Positions 1-10,489 of a stretch of DNA of 64,000 nt are shown in pieces. Source of the DNA: Nitrospirota bacterium (GTDB lineage Bacteria; Nitrospirota; UBA9217); contig CAVVUN010000009.1 in the NCBI GenBank assembly GCA_963751455.1, forward strand, positions 382,889 through 446,888. Direction: 5' to 3'. Numbering within the stretch: the first letter of the stretch is position 1; every line of letters begins with the position of its first letter. The notes under the pieces are model-generated. The model worked only from the letters and a program-made list of their open reading frames with translations. It was not told where the DNA came from and searched no databases. Both the position numbers and the translations under genes were made by a program.

Positions 1-1
1 T

Positions 2-199
2 ACTGAACGACCAGAAGCGATAGAGGCCGGTACCGTCAAGCTGGTTGGAGCGGAAAGAAAGATGATTGTTGATCAAATATCATTACTTTTGCATAACCTG
101 CACATCCATCAAACTATGAGTATGGCGCACAATCCTTATGGAGATGGCAAAGCTGCGTCAAGAATCATCACCCATCTTGAAAGACCCATCTACATATGA
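2..199 (+). CDS. wecB: UDP-N-acetylglucosamine 2-epimerase, C-terminal part (truncated by window start)
   Basis: Frame 2 translated by hand: TERPEAIEAGTVKLVG...NPYGDGKAASRI, the conserved WecB C-terminal motifs; stop overlaps the next ATG (ATGA 196-199). Confidence 0.9.
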   Translation, partial: TERPEAIEAGTVKLVGAERKMIVDQISLLLHNLHIHQTMSMAHNPYGDGKAASRIITHLERPIYI

Positions 200-1719
200 A
201 TGATATGCCTTCCGATGAAATGAAATTAACCAGTGGACGCTTGCTTGCGAACAATGTTCTTTGGAATTTATTTGGTCGTATTGCCCCGCTGATTACCGCG
301 GTTGTTTCAATTCCGCTGCTAATCAGTAACCTCGGTATAGAACGATTTGGCATTTTGACTTTAGTTTGGATGATAATCGGCTACTTCAGCTTCTTTGATC
401 TTGGTCTTGGAAGAGCTTTAACGAAACTCATCTCGGAGCGAATCGGAAAGAACCAAAAAACAGATTTGCCCTCGCTTATCTGGACCGGCTTATTACTCAT
501 GTTAATCTTGGGGATGATCGGCGGAGTCATAAGTGCGATTTTATCTTCATGGCTTGTAAATAGTGCGTTGAAAATTCCTCTCTTATTGCGCATCGAAGCA
601 CAAACAGTATTTTATTTACTTTCTTTTTCCATACCGATTGTTATTACTGGGACTGGATTGAGGGGTATCTTGGAAGCATACCAGCGTTTTGCTCTTGTTA
701 ACTCAATCAATATCCCGATGGGAATGTTCAGTTTCTTAGCTCCTTTACTGGTCTTACCTTTTTCGAAAAGTCTCGTTCCAATAGTAGTGATACTAGTATT
801 TGGACGATTAGCAGGCTGGGGCATTTACTTATATTATTGTTACTCCATAATACCCGAAATGCGTCTTGGCGTTTTACTGGAAAAAAAGATGCTCAGCTTA
901 TTAATCCGATTCGGGGGATGGTTGACTGTGACGAACGTTATCGGTCCATTCATGGTCTATTTGGATAGATTCATGATTGGTGCATTTGTTTCCATGGCTT
1001 CTCTAGCGTATTACACAACACCGTATGAGGTTGTTACAAAATTATGGATCATCCCCGGCGCTATGGTCGGCGTTCTGTTTCCTGCTTTTGCCATGAGTTT
1101 TACACAGGATCGTAATCGAATGACCGCGCTTTTCGTCAAGTCAGTAAAATATATTTTCGTCATTTTTTTTCCAATAACGTTGATTATCGTATCATTAGCA
1201 CACAATATTCTCAATCTTTGGCTGGGAGCTGAATTTGCGAATAATAGCACACCAATACTTCAATGGTTAGCAGTAGGTGTTTTTATAAACAGCATAGGGC
1301 AAATACCGTACACTATGATACAAAGCACCGGGAGGCCGGACTTTACCGCAAAGCTCCATCTTGTTGAATTGCCGATCTATTTGCTGATGCTGTGGTTTAT
1401 GTTAAGCAAGTTCGGTATAATAGGCGCCGCAATTGCGTGGACAGTGCGCGTCAGCATCGACACTATGCTACTATTCCGCCTGGCACAATTATTTTTATCT
1501 CCAGATATATTTATCCATCATGTAAAAAAAGTTGCCTTTGGTGCCTTTATATCTTTCTCTCTTATTTATATATCGACCCTGATGAATGAGATGTTATTGG
1601 TTAAAGTGTTGTTTCTAATGTTCGTACTCATTCTATCTGCGGTAATTTCCTGGTTTATGATTCTATCGCCTGATGAACGAAAATTTGCCCAAACCTGGGG
1701 GAGTCTGATTCGATCATGA
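196..1719 (+). CDS. wzx: Wzx-type polysaccharide flippase (PST family)
   Basis: 507 aa, many hydrophobic segments, N-terminal LG.E.FG and FDLGLG.ALTK motifs, polysaccharide locus context. Confidence 0.88.
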   Translation: MNDMPSDEMKLTSGRLLANNVLWNLFGRIAPLITAVVSIPLLISNLGIERFGILTLVWMIIGYFSFFDLGLGRALTKLISERIGKNQKTDLPSLIWTGLLLMLILGMIGGVISAILSSWLVNSALKIPLLLRIEAQTVFYLLSFSIPIVITGTGLRGILEAYQRFALVNSINIPMGMFSFLAPLLVLPFSKSLVPIVVILVFGRLAGWGIYLYYCYSIIPEMRLGVLLEKKMLSLLIRFGGWLTVTNVIGPFMVYLDRFMIGAFVSMASLAYYTTPYEVVTKLWIIPGAMVGVLFPAFAMSFTQDRNRMTALFVKSVKYIFVIFFPITLIIVSLAHNILNLWLGAEFANNSTPILQWLAVGVFINSIGQIPYTMIQSTGRPDFTAKLHLVELPIYLLMLWFMLSKFGIIGAAIAWTVRVSIDTMLLFRLAQLFLSPDIFIHHVKKVAFGAFISFSLIYISTLMNEMLLVKVLFLMFVLILSAVISWFMILSPDERKFAQTWGSLIRS

Positions 1720-2726
1720 AAAATATGACTACAAAAGATGAGCATGATATAGAAATAGGGGCACATTCCTGCCCCAACTGCAATTTATGCAATTCAAACG
1801 GGGATTTTCTGTATCAAGCATTAAAGGAGCGATTATATGAAGTTCCCGGAAGCTGGAATTTCAGAAAATGCTCTAACCCGGAATGTGGGTTAGTATGGCT
1901 CGATCCGATGCCCTTTGAAAAAGAAATTGGTAAGGCTTACAGAACTTACTTCACGCATACTGATAGAGAGAATTCAAAAAACCGCTTCGAAGTCAATAAA
2001 TTAATTATGACTCTTTTGAGACGATCTTTTTATATTCTGTCAGGGGCATTGTCTCTACGGAGGATGCGGTCAGACTTAGTTAATATGTACCTTCCAAAAA
2101 CAACAGGTAAATTATTAGAAGTAGGGTGTGGAGACGGTTTCAGGTTGGCACGAATTCGTAATTCGGGTTGGGCGGTAGAAGGTCAGGAGGTCGATCCTAA
2201 TGCAGCCAAGAATGCATCGGAGACATATGGACTTTCTGTACATTTGGGCAAATTAGAGCAGCTTGCCTTGCCGGGCAACTCGTATGACGCCATTGTCATG
2301 GTACATGTAATTGAACATATTTATGATCCATTATTGTTCCTCAAAGAGTGTTATCGCCTTTTGAAGCCGAGCGGTTGTCTAGTGTGTGTCACCCCCAACA
2401 TCGAGAGCTACGGACATAACCATTTTAAGTCATCGTGGCTTCACTTGGATCCACCAAGACACATTTGGTTATTCTCTCTTAAGTCTATGGGTATGCTTCT
2501 TAAAAGACTGCCCTTTAAACAAAAAGACATTTTTACAACACCTGCAAATGCGGAACAAACATATTCAGGCAGCATGAGTATTAAATATACGGGAAGACAT
2601 CAGTTCAATGAACAGTTCAAATGGGATACGGCAATTCGCGAAATACTGTTCCAGCGAAGAGCATTGGCCAGCCATAAGAAGGACAACAGATCTGGAGAAG
2701 AAATCATCGTAATACTAAGAAAATGA
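1716..2726 (+). CDS. Class I SAM-dependent methyltransferase with N-terminal Cys motifs
   Basis: LLEVGCGDG motif I, HVIEH, LKPSG; N-terminal CNLC...C...CG. Confidence 0.85.
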   Translation: MKNMTTKDEHDIEIGAHSCPNCNLCNSNGDFLYQALKERLYEVPGSWNFRKCSNPECGLVWLDPMPFEKEIGKAYRTYFTHTDRENSKNRFEVNKLIMTLLRRSFYILSGALSLRRMRSDLVNMYLPKTTGKLLEVGCGDGFRLARIRNSGWAVEGQEVDPNAAKNASETYGLSVHLGKLEQLALPGNSYDAIVMVHVIEHIYDPLLFLKECYRLLKPSGCLVCVTPNIESYGHNHFKSSWLHLDPPRHIWLFSLKSMGMLLKRLPFKQKDIFTTPANAEQTYSGSMSIKYTGRHQFNEQFKWDTAIREILFQRRALASHKKDNRSGEEIIVILRK

Positions 2727-3715
2727 TACGTGTCCCTTTAAAAAAACATATTATATCCATAGCACTTGCCACATATAATGGCGAACGTTATCTCCATGAA
2801 CAACTCATGAGTTTTACATTCCAAACTCGTCTGCCTGATCAGCTTGTCATCTGCGATGACTGTTCTACGGATAAAACTATAAGTATTTTAGAGTCGTTCG
2901 CAGGGTCTGCCCCGTTTCCCACAATAATTTATCAAAATAAAAGTAAATTGGGAACTGGTGCAAATTTTGGAAAGGCAATAAACTTATGTGATGGAGATAT
3001 TGTCGCCTTTTCCGATCAGGACGATGTCTGGCTGCCGAATAAATTGGAGAAAATTGAACAGGCATTTAACGATCAGCCCTTGATTAGTTATGTAATCTCC
3101 GATGCAATGGTAGTTGATGAAAGACTAATTTCAGTTGGTTACACCCTTTGGGATCAAAGAAAATTTACCAACTATTGGCAAGCCCAGTTTGGGAAAGGCA
3201 ATGAATTAGAAGTGTTTCTTAGATTGAATATTACTACAGGGATGGCTACTGCAATTCGATCCGATTTACGGCTTTTCGGCCCACCGCCGAATTCCGTTAA
3301 TCATGATGCATGGTATATACCGTTAGCTGCGATATTCAATCATCATGGTTCGCTAATAAAAGAACCACTGATAAAATATCGGCAGCACACAAAGCAACAA
3401 TACGGCGCCTTAAAAACGCCATTTAAGAAAAGAATAATATCGGCATTTAAAAATAATATGTCAGCTATATCGCGGGATATCAAACTACTGGAATCACTGA
3501 TAGCTTATTCGGAACGTAAATGCAGTGACGGGAAAACGGATAACCCGTTCATTTATCGGCTTCAAGATAAGCTGACTCATTTATATGTAAGAAATGAAAT
3601 TAATACTATTTCTCCGTGGTTACGGCCATTAAAAATTTATAGTGAACTGAGACTTCAGCGTTATTTTAAATACGGCTCATGGAAAAATATTATTACGGAT
3701 GTGCTGTCTTATTAA
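2723..3715 (+). CDS. Glycosyltransferase family 2
   Basis: ISIALATYNGERY, DDCSTD, FSDQDDVW, HDAW, YRQH motifs. Confidence 0.9.
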   Translation: MIRVPLKKHIISIALATYNGERYLHEQLMSFTFQTRLPDQLVICDDCSTDKTISILESFAGSAPFPTIIYQNKSKLGTGANFGKAINLCDGDIVAFSDQDDVWLPNKLEKIEQAFNDQPLISYVISDAMVVDERLISVGYTLWDQRKFTNYWQAQFGKGNELEVFLRLNITTGMATAIRSDLRLFGPPPNSVNHDAWYIPLAAIFNHHGSLIKEPLIKYRQHTKQQYGALKTPFKKRIISAFKNNMSAISRDIKLLESLIAYSERKCSDGKTDNPFIYRLQDKLTHLYVRNEINTISPWLRPLKIYSELRLQRYFKYGSWKNIITDVLSY

Positions 3716-3739
3716 GGACCTGAGTATTGCACCGCAATT

Positions 3740-5008
3740 ATGAGAAAAACGATCATAACTGTAATCTGCTTAATTGAAATTGTATTTATGTCCCCAAGAA
3801 CATTTTCCTATATAGTAATTGATCTTTTGCCGTACCGTATTTTTTCATTGCCACTGATAACTTTTTCTTTTCTCATAACCATATCAGGATATTTAGTAAT
3901 AGAATTACTCTCACATCGCTATTTACTAAATAGATTAATCAAGTTTAGAATTGCAATTCTTGTTTGGTTTTTTTTTATAACTATTTCTGCTCTTAGGAGT
4001 CCTCTTCGTGACGTTGTTTTTGAGAGTCAAGGCTTGATAATATTCATGGTGAACGTTATCATATTCGCGAGTGCAAGTATCTATTTAGATAAGAAGCGAA
4101 AAACATTGATATGGGGGATCTTTTTATCGATTGCAATAACAATATTCATTCTCAATTTCATTCTGTTAACGAACCCGTCACTGCTGCCAACAGGATATGC
4201 TCAGGATGATATAAGATATGAAGGCCTTTATTCCTCCACACCAATAATGGCACTTGTAGCCATTTCTACAGCATTTATATTTTTGTATAAAAAAATCGTA
4301 ATTAAATTAACAGGTGTCGCAGGCATACTTATTTCTATTTCAGGCCTGGTTATGACTGCAACCAGAAGTGCCATGGCAGCATCACTGCTTACATTTGCTG
4401 TTGTGGTTTTTTATTCCGTAAGAACTCACAAATCTTTTAACAATATTCTGCTAAGCCTCATACCGATATTACTTGTAATGTTGCTATTAATAGCGAATAT
4501 AGGTAGATGGTTCCCGATGGTGGAAGGGAATATTGATTATGTAATTTCTAGATTCAGTATGTTGGGAGAATCACATTCTGATCAGTCCAGATTGGATGAA
4601 GCTTTACAGGAGATTGGCTTGTTTATTGAGTCACCGCTAATCGGACACGGCTACGGTCTTTTAAATAAATATTCTGTTGAGGGATGGGGAACAGAGATGT
4701 TCGGTCATAATTTTTTTACAAGTCTTCTTGCGAGAACCGGTCTGATTGGATTGATTGTCATTATTTGGTATGGTTTCAACTTGTATCGTAAATTGGCAAC
4801 TACCAGGAATATTTCTAGTGTCCAGGAAGGAATCATTGCTAAAGGTGCCTTGGCAGGTGCTCTTTTTTTGATCCTGATCAGCAATTTCAGTGGATTTCAA
4901 ACATTCGGAATATACGGGGCGCTCGCAGGGATTGCCTGTGGGGTAAGTATTGATCGTAAATTTCATGCTTCTAATAATTGTACTGATATCGGATATGAAC
5001 ATATCTAA
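3740..5008 (+). CDS. O-antigen polymerase/ligase family membrane protein (Wzy_C)
   Basis: 422 aa polytopic membrane protein with TATRSA, PLIGHGYG and GHN motifs; AT-rich. Confidence 0.75.
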   Translation: MRKTIITVICLIEIVFMSPRTFSYIVIDLLPYRIFSLPLITFSFLITISGYLVIELLSHRYLLNRLIKFRIAILVWFFFITISALRSPLRDVVFESQGLIIFMVNVIIFASASIYLDKKRKTLIWGIFLSIAITIFILNFILLTNPSLLPTGYAQDDIRYEGLYSSTPIMALVAISTAFIFLYKKIVIKLTGVAGILISISGLVMTATRSAMAASLLTFAVVVFYSVRTHKSFNNILLSLIPILLVMLLLIANIGRWFPMVEGNIDYVISRFSMLGESHSDQSRLDEALQEIGLFIESPLIGHGYGLLNKYSVEGWGTEMFGHNFFTSLLARTGLIGLIVIIWYGFNLYRKLATTRNISSVQEGIIAKGALAGALFLILISNFSGFQTFGIYGALAGIACGVSIDRKFHASNNCTDIGYEHI

Positions 5009-5762
5009 AATTTATAAAGCAATAAAAAACATAAGGCATCATACTCTGGGTAGATGTAATATTTGCGGTAACTATACGGTTTTCATATGTAGTAATATCC
5101 TGACCGCACGCAACAATATGATGTGCCTTTTTTGCGGCTCTTCATCCAGAAAGAGACACGTTGCATCGTTGATTATTGACAAGCTATTCAGAGATATAAA
5201 GTCTATTTCCCAGATTGCGAGCATAAATACTAATATACATATTTATAATGTCGCACTTGACGATCCTTTTTCGAAATATCTAAGCAAATATAAATATTAT
5301 TATTCGTCAGAATATTTGCCTGGTATTACACCTGGATCGGAGATCAGAAATAAAGTTTATTGCCAAAATGTCGAAGAAACAACATTCGATAGCGCTGCCT
5401 TTGATCTTGTAATAACAGAAGATGTATTTGAACATGTAAGGAATTGCAAAAAGGGATTCTTAGAGATTCATCGGATACTGAAGCCTGGTGGATATCACAT
5501 TTTTACTGTTCCATGCTATTTTGACAGGAAAACCATAGTGCGCGTAGATACTTCCGGTGAAATAGATGTAAATCTTCTTCCTGCTGAATATCACGGGGAT
5601 CCAGTACGAGGCAACATATTAGCATACAGAACCTTTGGCATTGATATTTTTGGAGTCTTGAAAACATACGGCTTTAGTACAGAATTGTTCATATCGAAAT
5701 ATATTGATAAAAACATAGGAATTTTTGACAGTTATGTGTTTGTTTCAAAAAAATTAGAGTGA
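4995..5762 (+). CDS. Class I SAM-dependent methyltransferase
   Basis: CNICG and CLFCGS..R.RH Zn-like motifs, FDLVITEDVFEHV, RILKPGG, EYHGDP; start taken at ATG 4995 (ORF track starts 4950). Confidence 0.8.
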   Translation: MNISKIYKAIKNIRHHTLGRCNICGNYTVFICSNILTARNNMMCLFCGSSSRKRHVASLIIDKLFRDIKSISQIASINTNIHIYNVALDDPFSKYLSKYKYYYSSEYLPGITPGSEIRNKVYCQNVEETTFDSAAFDLVITEDVFEHVRNCKKGFLEIHRILKPGGYHIFTVPCYFDRKTIVRVDTSGEIDVNLLPAEYHGDPVRGNILAYRTFGIDIFGVLKTYGFSTELFISKYIDKNIGIFDSYVFVSKKLE

Positions 5763-5771
5763 GCTTTATCT

Positions 5772-6914
5772 TTGAAAGGAATTAATCGAATTATGAAGGT
5801 TATATTCGCATTGGAAATGCCCCCGCTTCGCAATAGCGTAAAAGGCAGACGAGAACAAATATTTGAAAAATTATCAAAAGAATATAAGATTGTCCAGTTT
5901 TCGAAAATGGAAAACATATTATCGATCCTCAAAAATCACCCTAAAGAAGTTTTTAATAAATTGAAGTTAACAATTGATTTGCATAATAATAATTTAGTTC
6001 ATGTAGAGCTGCCCGCTATATTTTTACCAGCTGCCAATATCTTCAGGTTCATCAATAAAGTTAACAATGTTATTTTGGGTATTTTAATACGATATGTTCA
6101 AAGCAAATCTGAAATCGGCAAAGTCGATATATGGTGGGTAGGCTATCCTTTTGCGGTTGATTACGTAAGAAACAAATCAAATATTGTGTATGATTGTTTT
6201 GATGAGCACCTGGGTTGGAAGGGTTATTATCTGAAAAGTACAGTTCGTAAGATCGAAGAAGACTTATTGCAATTGGCTGATTTCTGCATTTTCAGCGCGT
6301 CGAAGCTGCTTGAAAATAAAGGAGGATATGCCAATAAATCTTTTTTGGTTCTTAACGGAGCCGATTATGATTACTTTTATATATCACCGGATAAATCACA
6401 TAATAATAACAAAATCGTTTTGTATTCCGGAGTTATTTCTCATTGGTTTGACATTGAACTTGCTGAGTATTGCATCCATAACATGCCGGAATTTACATTT
6501 TGGTTTGTAGGCCCCGACCGTGGAGGGTATCTTAAGCGCGTATCTAAACTGCCTAATGTAAAATATTTTGGACTTGTTGAATATAATAAACTGGCAAAAT
6601 ATTATCATGAATCAGGCGTATGTATTATTCCATTCAAGGTTGACAACCTTATCGAGAGCACAAACCCCATTAAGCTTTATGAATATTTGTCCGCTGGTAA
6701 GCCGGTTGTGACCACAAAATTTCGAGAAGCAGAAAAATATAGATCTGTAGTATATATTGCTGATGACAGGAAGACTTTTTCAAGTTTAATAGTAAAGGCG
6801 TTCGAGGAAAATGACATAAGCCAAATCATTCAGCGACAAAATATCGGGCAGGCTAATTCCTGGCAAAACAGGGTCGACGAAATTAAAGATGCACTTTTAT
6901 CATTAACATCGTAG
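5772..6914 (+). CDS. Glycosyltransferase, GT-B fold (GT4/TuaH-like)
   Basis: VYDCFDEH, NGADYDYF, NPIKLYEYLSAGKPVV motifs. Confidence 0.85.
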   Translation: MKGINRIMKVIFALEMPPLRNSVKGRREQIFEKLSKEYKIVQFSKMENILSILKNHPKEVFNKLKLTIDLHNNNLVHVELPAIFLPAANIFRFINKVNNVILGILIRYVQSKSEIGKVDIWWVGYPFAVDYVRNKSNIVYDCFDEHLGWKGYYLKSTVRKIEEDLLQLADFCIFSASKLLENKGGYANKSFLVLNGADYDYFYISPDKSHNNNKIVLYSGVISHWFDIELAEYCIHNMPEFTFWFVGPDRGGYLKRVSKLPNVKYFGLVEYNKLAKYYHESGVCIIPFKVDNLIESTNPIKLYEYLSAGKPVVTTKFREAEKYRSVVYIADDRKTFSSLIVKAFEENDISQIIQRQNIGQANSWQNRVDEIKDALLSLTS

Positions 6915-6954
6915 CTATTTTTTTATTTTTATTTTTTAATAAGGAATGTAAATC

Positions 6955-8211
6955 ATGAATAAGATTGAGCTGATTATTTATAATGTGGTAAAATCAAATC
7001 CTAAATTAAAACGTGTAATTGTTGAAACTTACCAAAATATGTTGTCATTAATACCCGTCAAAAAGGTTAGCTCTCAGTATCCGATTACCATTCGTGAGCG
7101 TTTCTTTTATGGATTTCATGATAAATGTCCGTGGTCTTTTGACAATAAATTACTTTTAGCTCATCATTTTAATATTCCTTATAGAAAAACATTGCCGCAT
7201 GATCAAATAGAAGTTGGTTACTTTTTCGGTCCTAAATATACAAATTATAAGGTGGTTGGAACAACGCGTGCATGGAGTTGGCAAATGGGTGCCATGCTGC
7301 AATGGGTCGGACAATCAAACAATATCGCATACAACGATTATGACGGAAAAGACTTGATAACAAAAATCGTTGATATTAACGGTACAGTACAAAAAATACT
7401 TTCACGCCCAGTCGGAGCAATAAGTCCTAATGGCCAATATGGGATTAGTTTTAACTTCAGGCGTTTTGAAACTGGCTTGCCTGGCTATGGATACATCAAT
7501 GGAGAAGACCATGATGCTGATGTTTTAATTCCATCGCGAAAAGGTGATGGCTTATTCATTATTGATGTATCGACAGGTCAAATCCGGGAATTATTTACTG
7601 TAGCTGATATAGCAGCTATTAATCCTCATCCTAGCATGATACATTCACTAAATTTTTTTAGTCACTGCCAATTTTCACCTTCCAATAATAGGTTTGTTTT
7701 TTTTCACAGATGGTTGGAGCATGAAAATCGTTTATGGACACGAATAATTTCCTGTAATTTGGATGGTAAAGATATGCATATATTTCCAACGTCCGGGATG
7801 GTATCCCATGTTGGATGGCGCGATGCTCAACATATTCTTGCTTATGCGAGAACAGATCAATTTGATGATAAATACTATCTCTTTACAGACAAATTGAATG
7901 AATACGAAATTATCGGGAAGCAAACTTTCAATTCTGACGGGCATCCCCAATATTCACCGGATAAAAGATATATTCTGACAGACACATATCCTGACCGATT
8001 TCGGTTACAGAATTTAATAATTTATGATACGTATAGCAATAAGCGTTATGACCTTGCACGGCTGAGACTCCCTCTGCAATTTAGGCGAGAGTTGCAAGTT
8101 GATCTTCATCCAAGATGGGATAGATTAGGAAAGATGATTTGTTTTGATTCGGGTCATACAGGCGAAAGATCAATGTGTACCATTAATGTAGATTTAAATA
8201 ATTTATCATGA
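6955..8211 (+). CDS. Hypothetical beta-propeller protein (TolB/oligogalacturonate-lyase-like) of polysaccharide loci
   Basis: Repeated HxxFSP/HPQYSPD/HPRW blade motifs, WQMGAMLQW, DTYPD. Confidence 0.6.
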   Translation: MNKIELIIYNVVKSNPKLKRVIVETYQNMLSLIPVKKVSSQYPITIRERFFYGFHDKCPWSFDNKLLLAHHFNIPYRKTLPHDQIEVGYFFGPKYTNYKVVGTTRAWSWQMGAMLQWVGQSNNIAYNDYDGKDLITKIVDINGTVQKILSRPVGAISPNGQYGISFNFRRFETGLPGYGYINGEDHDADVLIPSRKGDGLFIIDVSTGQIRELFTVADIAAINPHPSMIHSLNFFSHCQFSPSNNRFVFFHRWLEHENRLWTRIISCNLDGKDMHIFPTSGMVSHVGWRDAQHILAYARTDQFDDKYYLFTDKLNEYEIIGKQTFNSDGHPQYSPDKRYILTDTYPDRFRLQNLIIYDTYSNKRYDLARLRLPLQFRRELQVDLHPRWDRLGKMICFDSGHTGERSMCTINVDLNNLS

Positions 8212-9092
8212 CAAAAATCAATAAAATTGCATTAATTGGTGTCAACTATAACTCGGAGACATGTGCTATTCGATTTATTGAGGGCGTGTCAAAATTATTA
8301 TTAGACGACATAGAATTCACAATTATACTTATCGATAATACCGAGCGACTCAGTAGTGATGATTTCTTTAGTAAAATACACGCAATAAATAATAATGTGA
8401 TTTGTATTAAGGCGCTACGCAACTTGGGATATTTCGGAGGCGCGCGTCTTGGTTTATCAACACTTCTTAAAGATGATGAGTATCCTGATTGGCTTATTGT
8501 TACAAATGTTGACATAGAATTTAAAGATCGTTATTTTTTACAAATATTAAAAACGTTTAAAGATCATGTTGACAAACCAGGCGTTATTGCGCCTACTATT
8601 TGGTCTAATTTTTCAAAGCGTGATATAAACCCAAAAATCGTTAAAAGACCAAGTAAAAGAAAAATGGAATTTTACACATTGATATTTAGTACTTATTATT
8701 CCATGAATTTATACGAATTACTGTCAGCAGCTAAACTAACAATTAGACGCATGTTAAAATATATTTTAAAGAAAATGACCCTTAATTATCATAAAGATTC
8801 AACGAATTTAGCAGATAAATTTCAGGTCATCTATGCTCCTCATGGTTCATGCATCATTTTCTCAAAAGAATATTTTTTATCTGGAGGATCATTAAATTAT
8901 CCTCAATTCCTTTTCAATGAAGAAATATTTGTTGCAGAAACAGTTCGTGCATTAGGTCTTAATGTTGTTTATATTCCGAAATTGAAAGTTATTGATGATG
9001 AGCATGTCTCTACTGGTATTATTCGATCACGTAAAATGTTTTCATATATATCCGATTCTGCATGTTATATTACCAATACCTATTTTAAATAA
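8208..9092 (+). CDS. Glycosyltransferase family 2
   Basis: VNYNS, IDN, NLGYFGG, NVDI, FLFNEE motifs. Confidence 0.82.
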   Translation: MTKINKIALIGVNYNSETCAIRFIEGVSKLLLDDIEFTIILIDNTERLSSDDFFSKIHAINNNVICIKALRNLGYFGGARLGLSTLLKDDEYPDWLIVTNVDIEFKDRYFLQILKTFKDHVDKPGVIAPTIWSNFSKRDINPKIVKRPSKRKMEFYTLIFSTYYSMNLYELLSAAKLTIRRMLKYILKKMTLNYHKDSTNLADKFQVIYAPHGSCIIFSKEYFLSGGSLNYPQFLFNEEIFVAETVRALGLNVVYIPKLKVIDDEHVSTGIIRSRKMFSYISDSACYITNTYFK

Positions 9093-9108
9093 TTTTTCTA
9101 TAAAGCGG

Positions 9109-10444
9109 TATAGTGGACCCCAATTTTCGGACAATAGTTTAAGATGGTAACCTGCCGTTAAAAAGGAGCAGGTTTTGAGCGAAAAAAAGCGCAAAAATTT
9201 CAGCAGTCAGTTCAAAGCCAAGGTCGCGCTTGAGGCGATCCGAGGTGTCAAGACAGTAACCGAAATTGCCCAGGCGTTCGGCGTACATCCAACGCAAGTG
9301 GGGCAATGGAAAAAGGTTTTGCAAGATCAGGCTGCGGGCATATTTGACACTACGCGCGGTCCCGCGCCGGTAGATCCTGCTGCCAGTTCGGAGCGGCTCT
9401 ACTCCGAGATCGGACGGCTGAAGATGGAACTGGACTGGCTTAAAAAAAAGTCCGGGATCAGCCTATAGCGGACCGGCGGCACTGGGTAGATACCAAAAAC
9501 CCCTTGGCGCTGACCAAACAATGCGAACTGGCAGGTGTCAACCGGTCCACTTTCTATGCGCCGCATCTGACTGCCGACCCGGACGAGCTGGAATTGACCC
9601 TGCTGAGTGAGATTGACGCCGAATACACCCGGCATCCGTTCTACGGCAGCCGCAAAATAACCGTGTACTTGTGCGGCATAGGGCATCAGGTCAACCGAAA
9701 ACGGATACAGCGGCTAATGGGCATTCTGGGGCTGGCAGGCATGGCACCGGGACCGAACACCAGCCGCCCCAGCCCGCAGCACATGGTTTATCCATATCTG
9801 CTCAGAGGCGTATCGGTGACACGACCCAATCAGGTATGGAGCACTGACATCACCTACATCCGCCTGGCGCGGGGATTTGTGTACTTGGTGGCCGTGATCG
9901 ACTGGTACTCACGCAAAGTGCTGGCATGGCGATTATCAAACACGCTCGATAGCAGCTTCTGCGTGGACTGCCTAGAACAGGCATTACAGACATACGGCAT
10001 CCCCGAGATCTTCAACACCGATCAGGGCTGCCAGTTCACCTCTGAGGCCTTCACCGGCGTGCTCAAGGCGCACTGCATTAACATCAGCATGGACGGCCGC
10101 GGCCGTGCATTGGACAATATCTTCGTGGAACGGCTATGGCGGAGCGTAAAGCACGAAGACGTATATTTAAAAGGGTACGCCACAGTACCTGAAGCGCAAC
10201 TGGGGCTGACGAAATACTTTATGTTCTACAACACGGAAAGAACACATCAATCATTGGACTACAGCACACCGGATGTGATCTATCGAACAGCGAACGGCGG
10301 TGGAGCAAGGATTGTGGATAAATTCAAAGAGCGAAAAGAACCTCAGGGAGAGGTAGAAACCGGGGCAGCGCCATGCAGCTGCGGCTTGGTCGGTTACCAT
10401 CTTAATCTCACCCCTTTATTGTCTTGACAGAGGGGTCCACTTAA
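9109..10444 (+). mobile_element. IS3-family insertion sequence (1336 bp)
   Basis: Terminal inverted repeats TATAGTGGACCCC..GACAATA / TATTGTC..GGGGTCCACTTAA; CGG duplicated at 9106-9108 and 10445-10447; orfA/orfB layout. Confidence 0.92.
9175..10427 (+). CDS. IS3 transposase OrfAB (orfA 9175-9468; orfB joined by -1 frameshift at A8G 9442-9450)
   Basis: OrfA HTH (FKAKVALEAI); OrfB DDE (WSTDITY, NTDQGCQF, DNIFVERLWRSVK); -1 frame is open from 9444. Confidence 0.9.
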
Positions 10445-10489
10445 CGGCTTTTAAAGTAAAACTTATTTCTATAGAGGGAATGTTAATAT

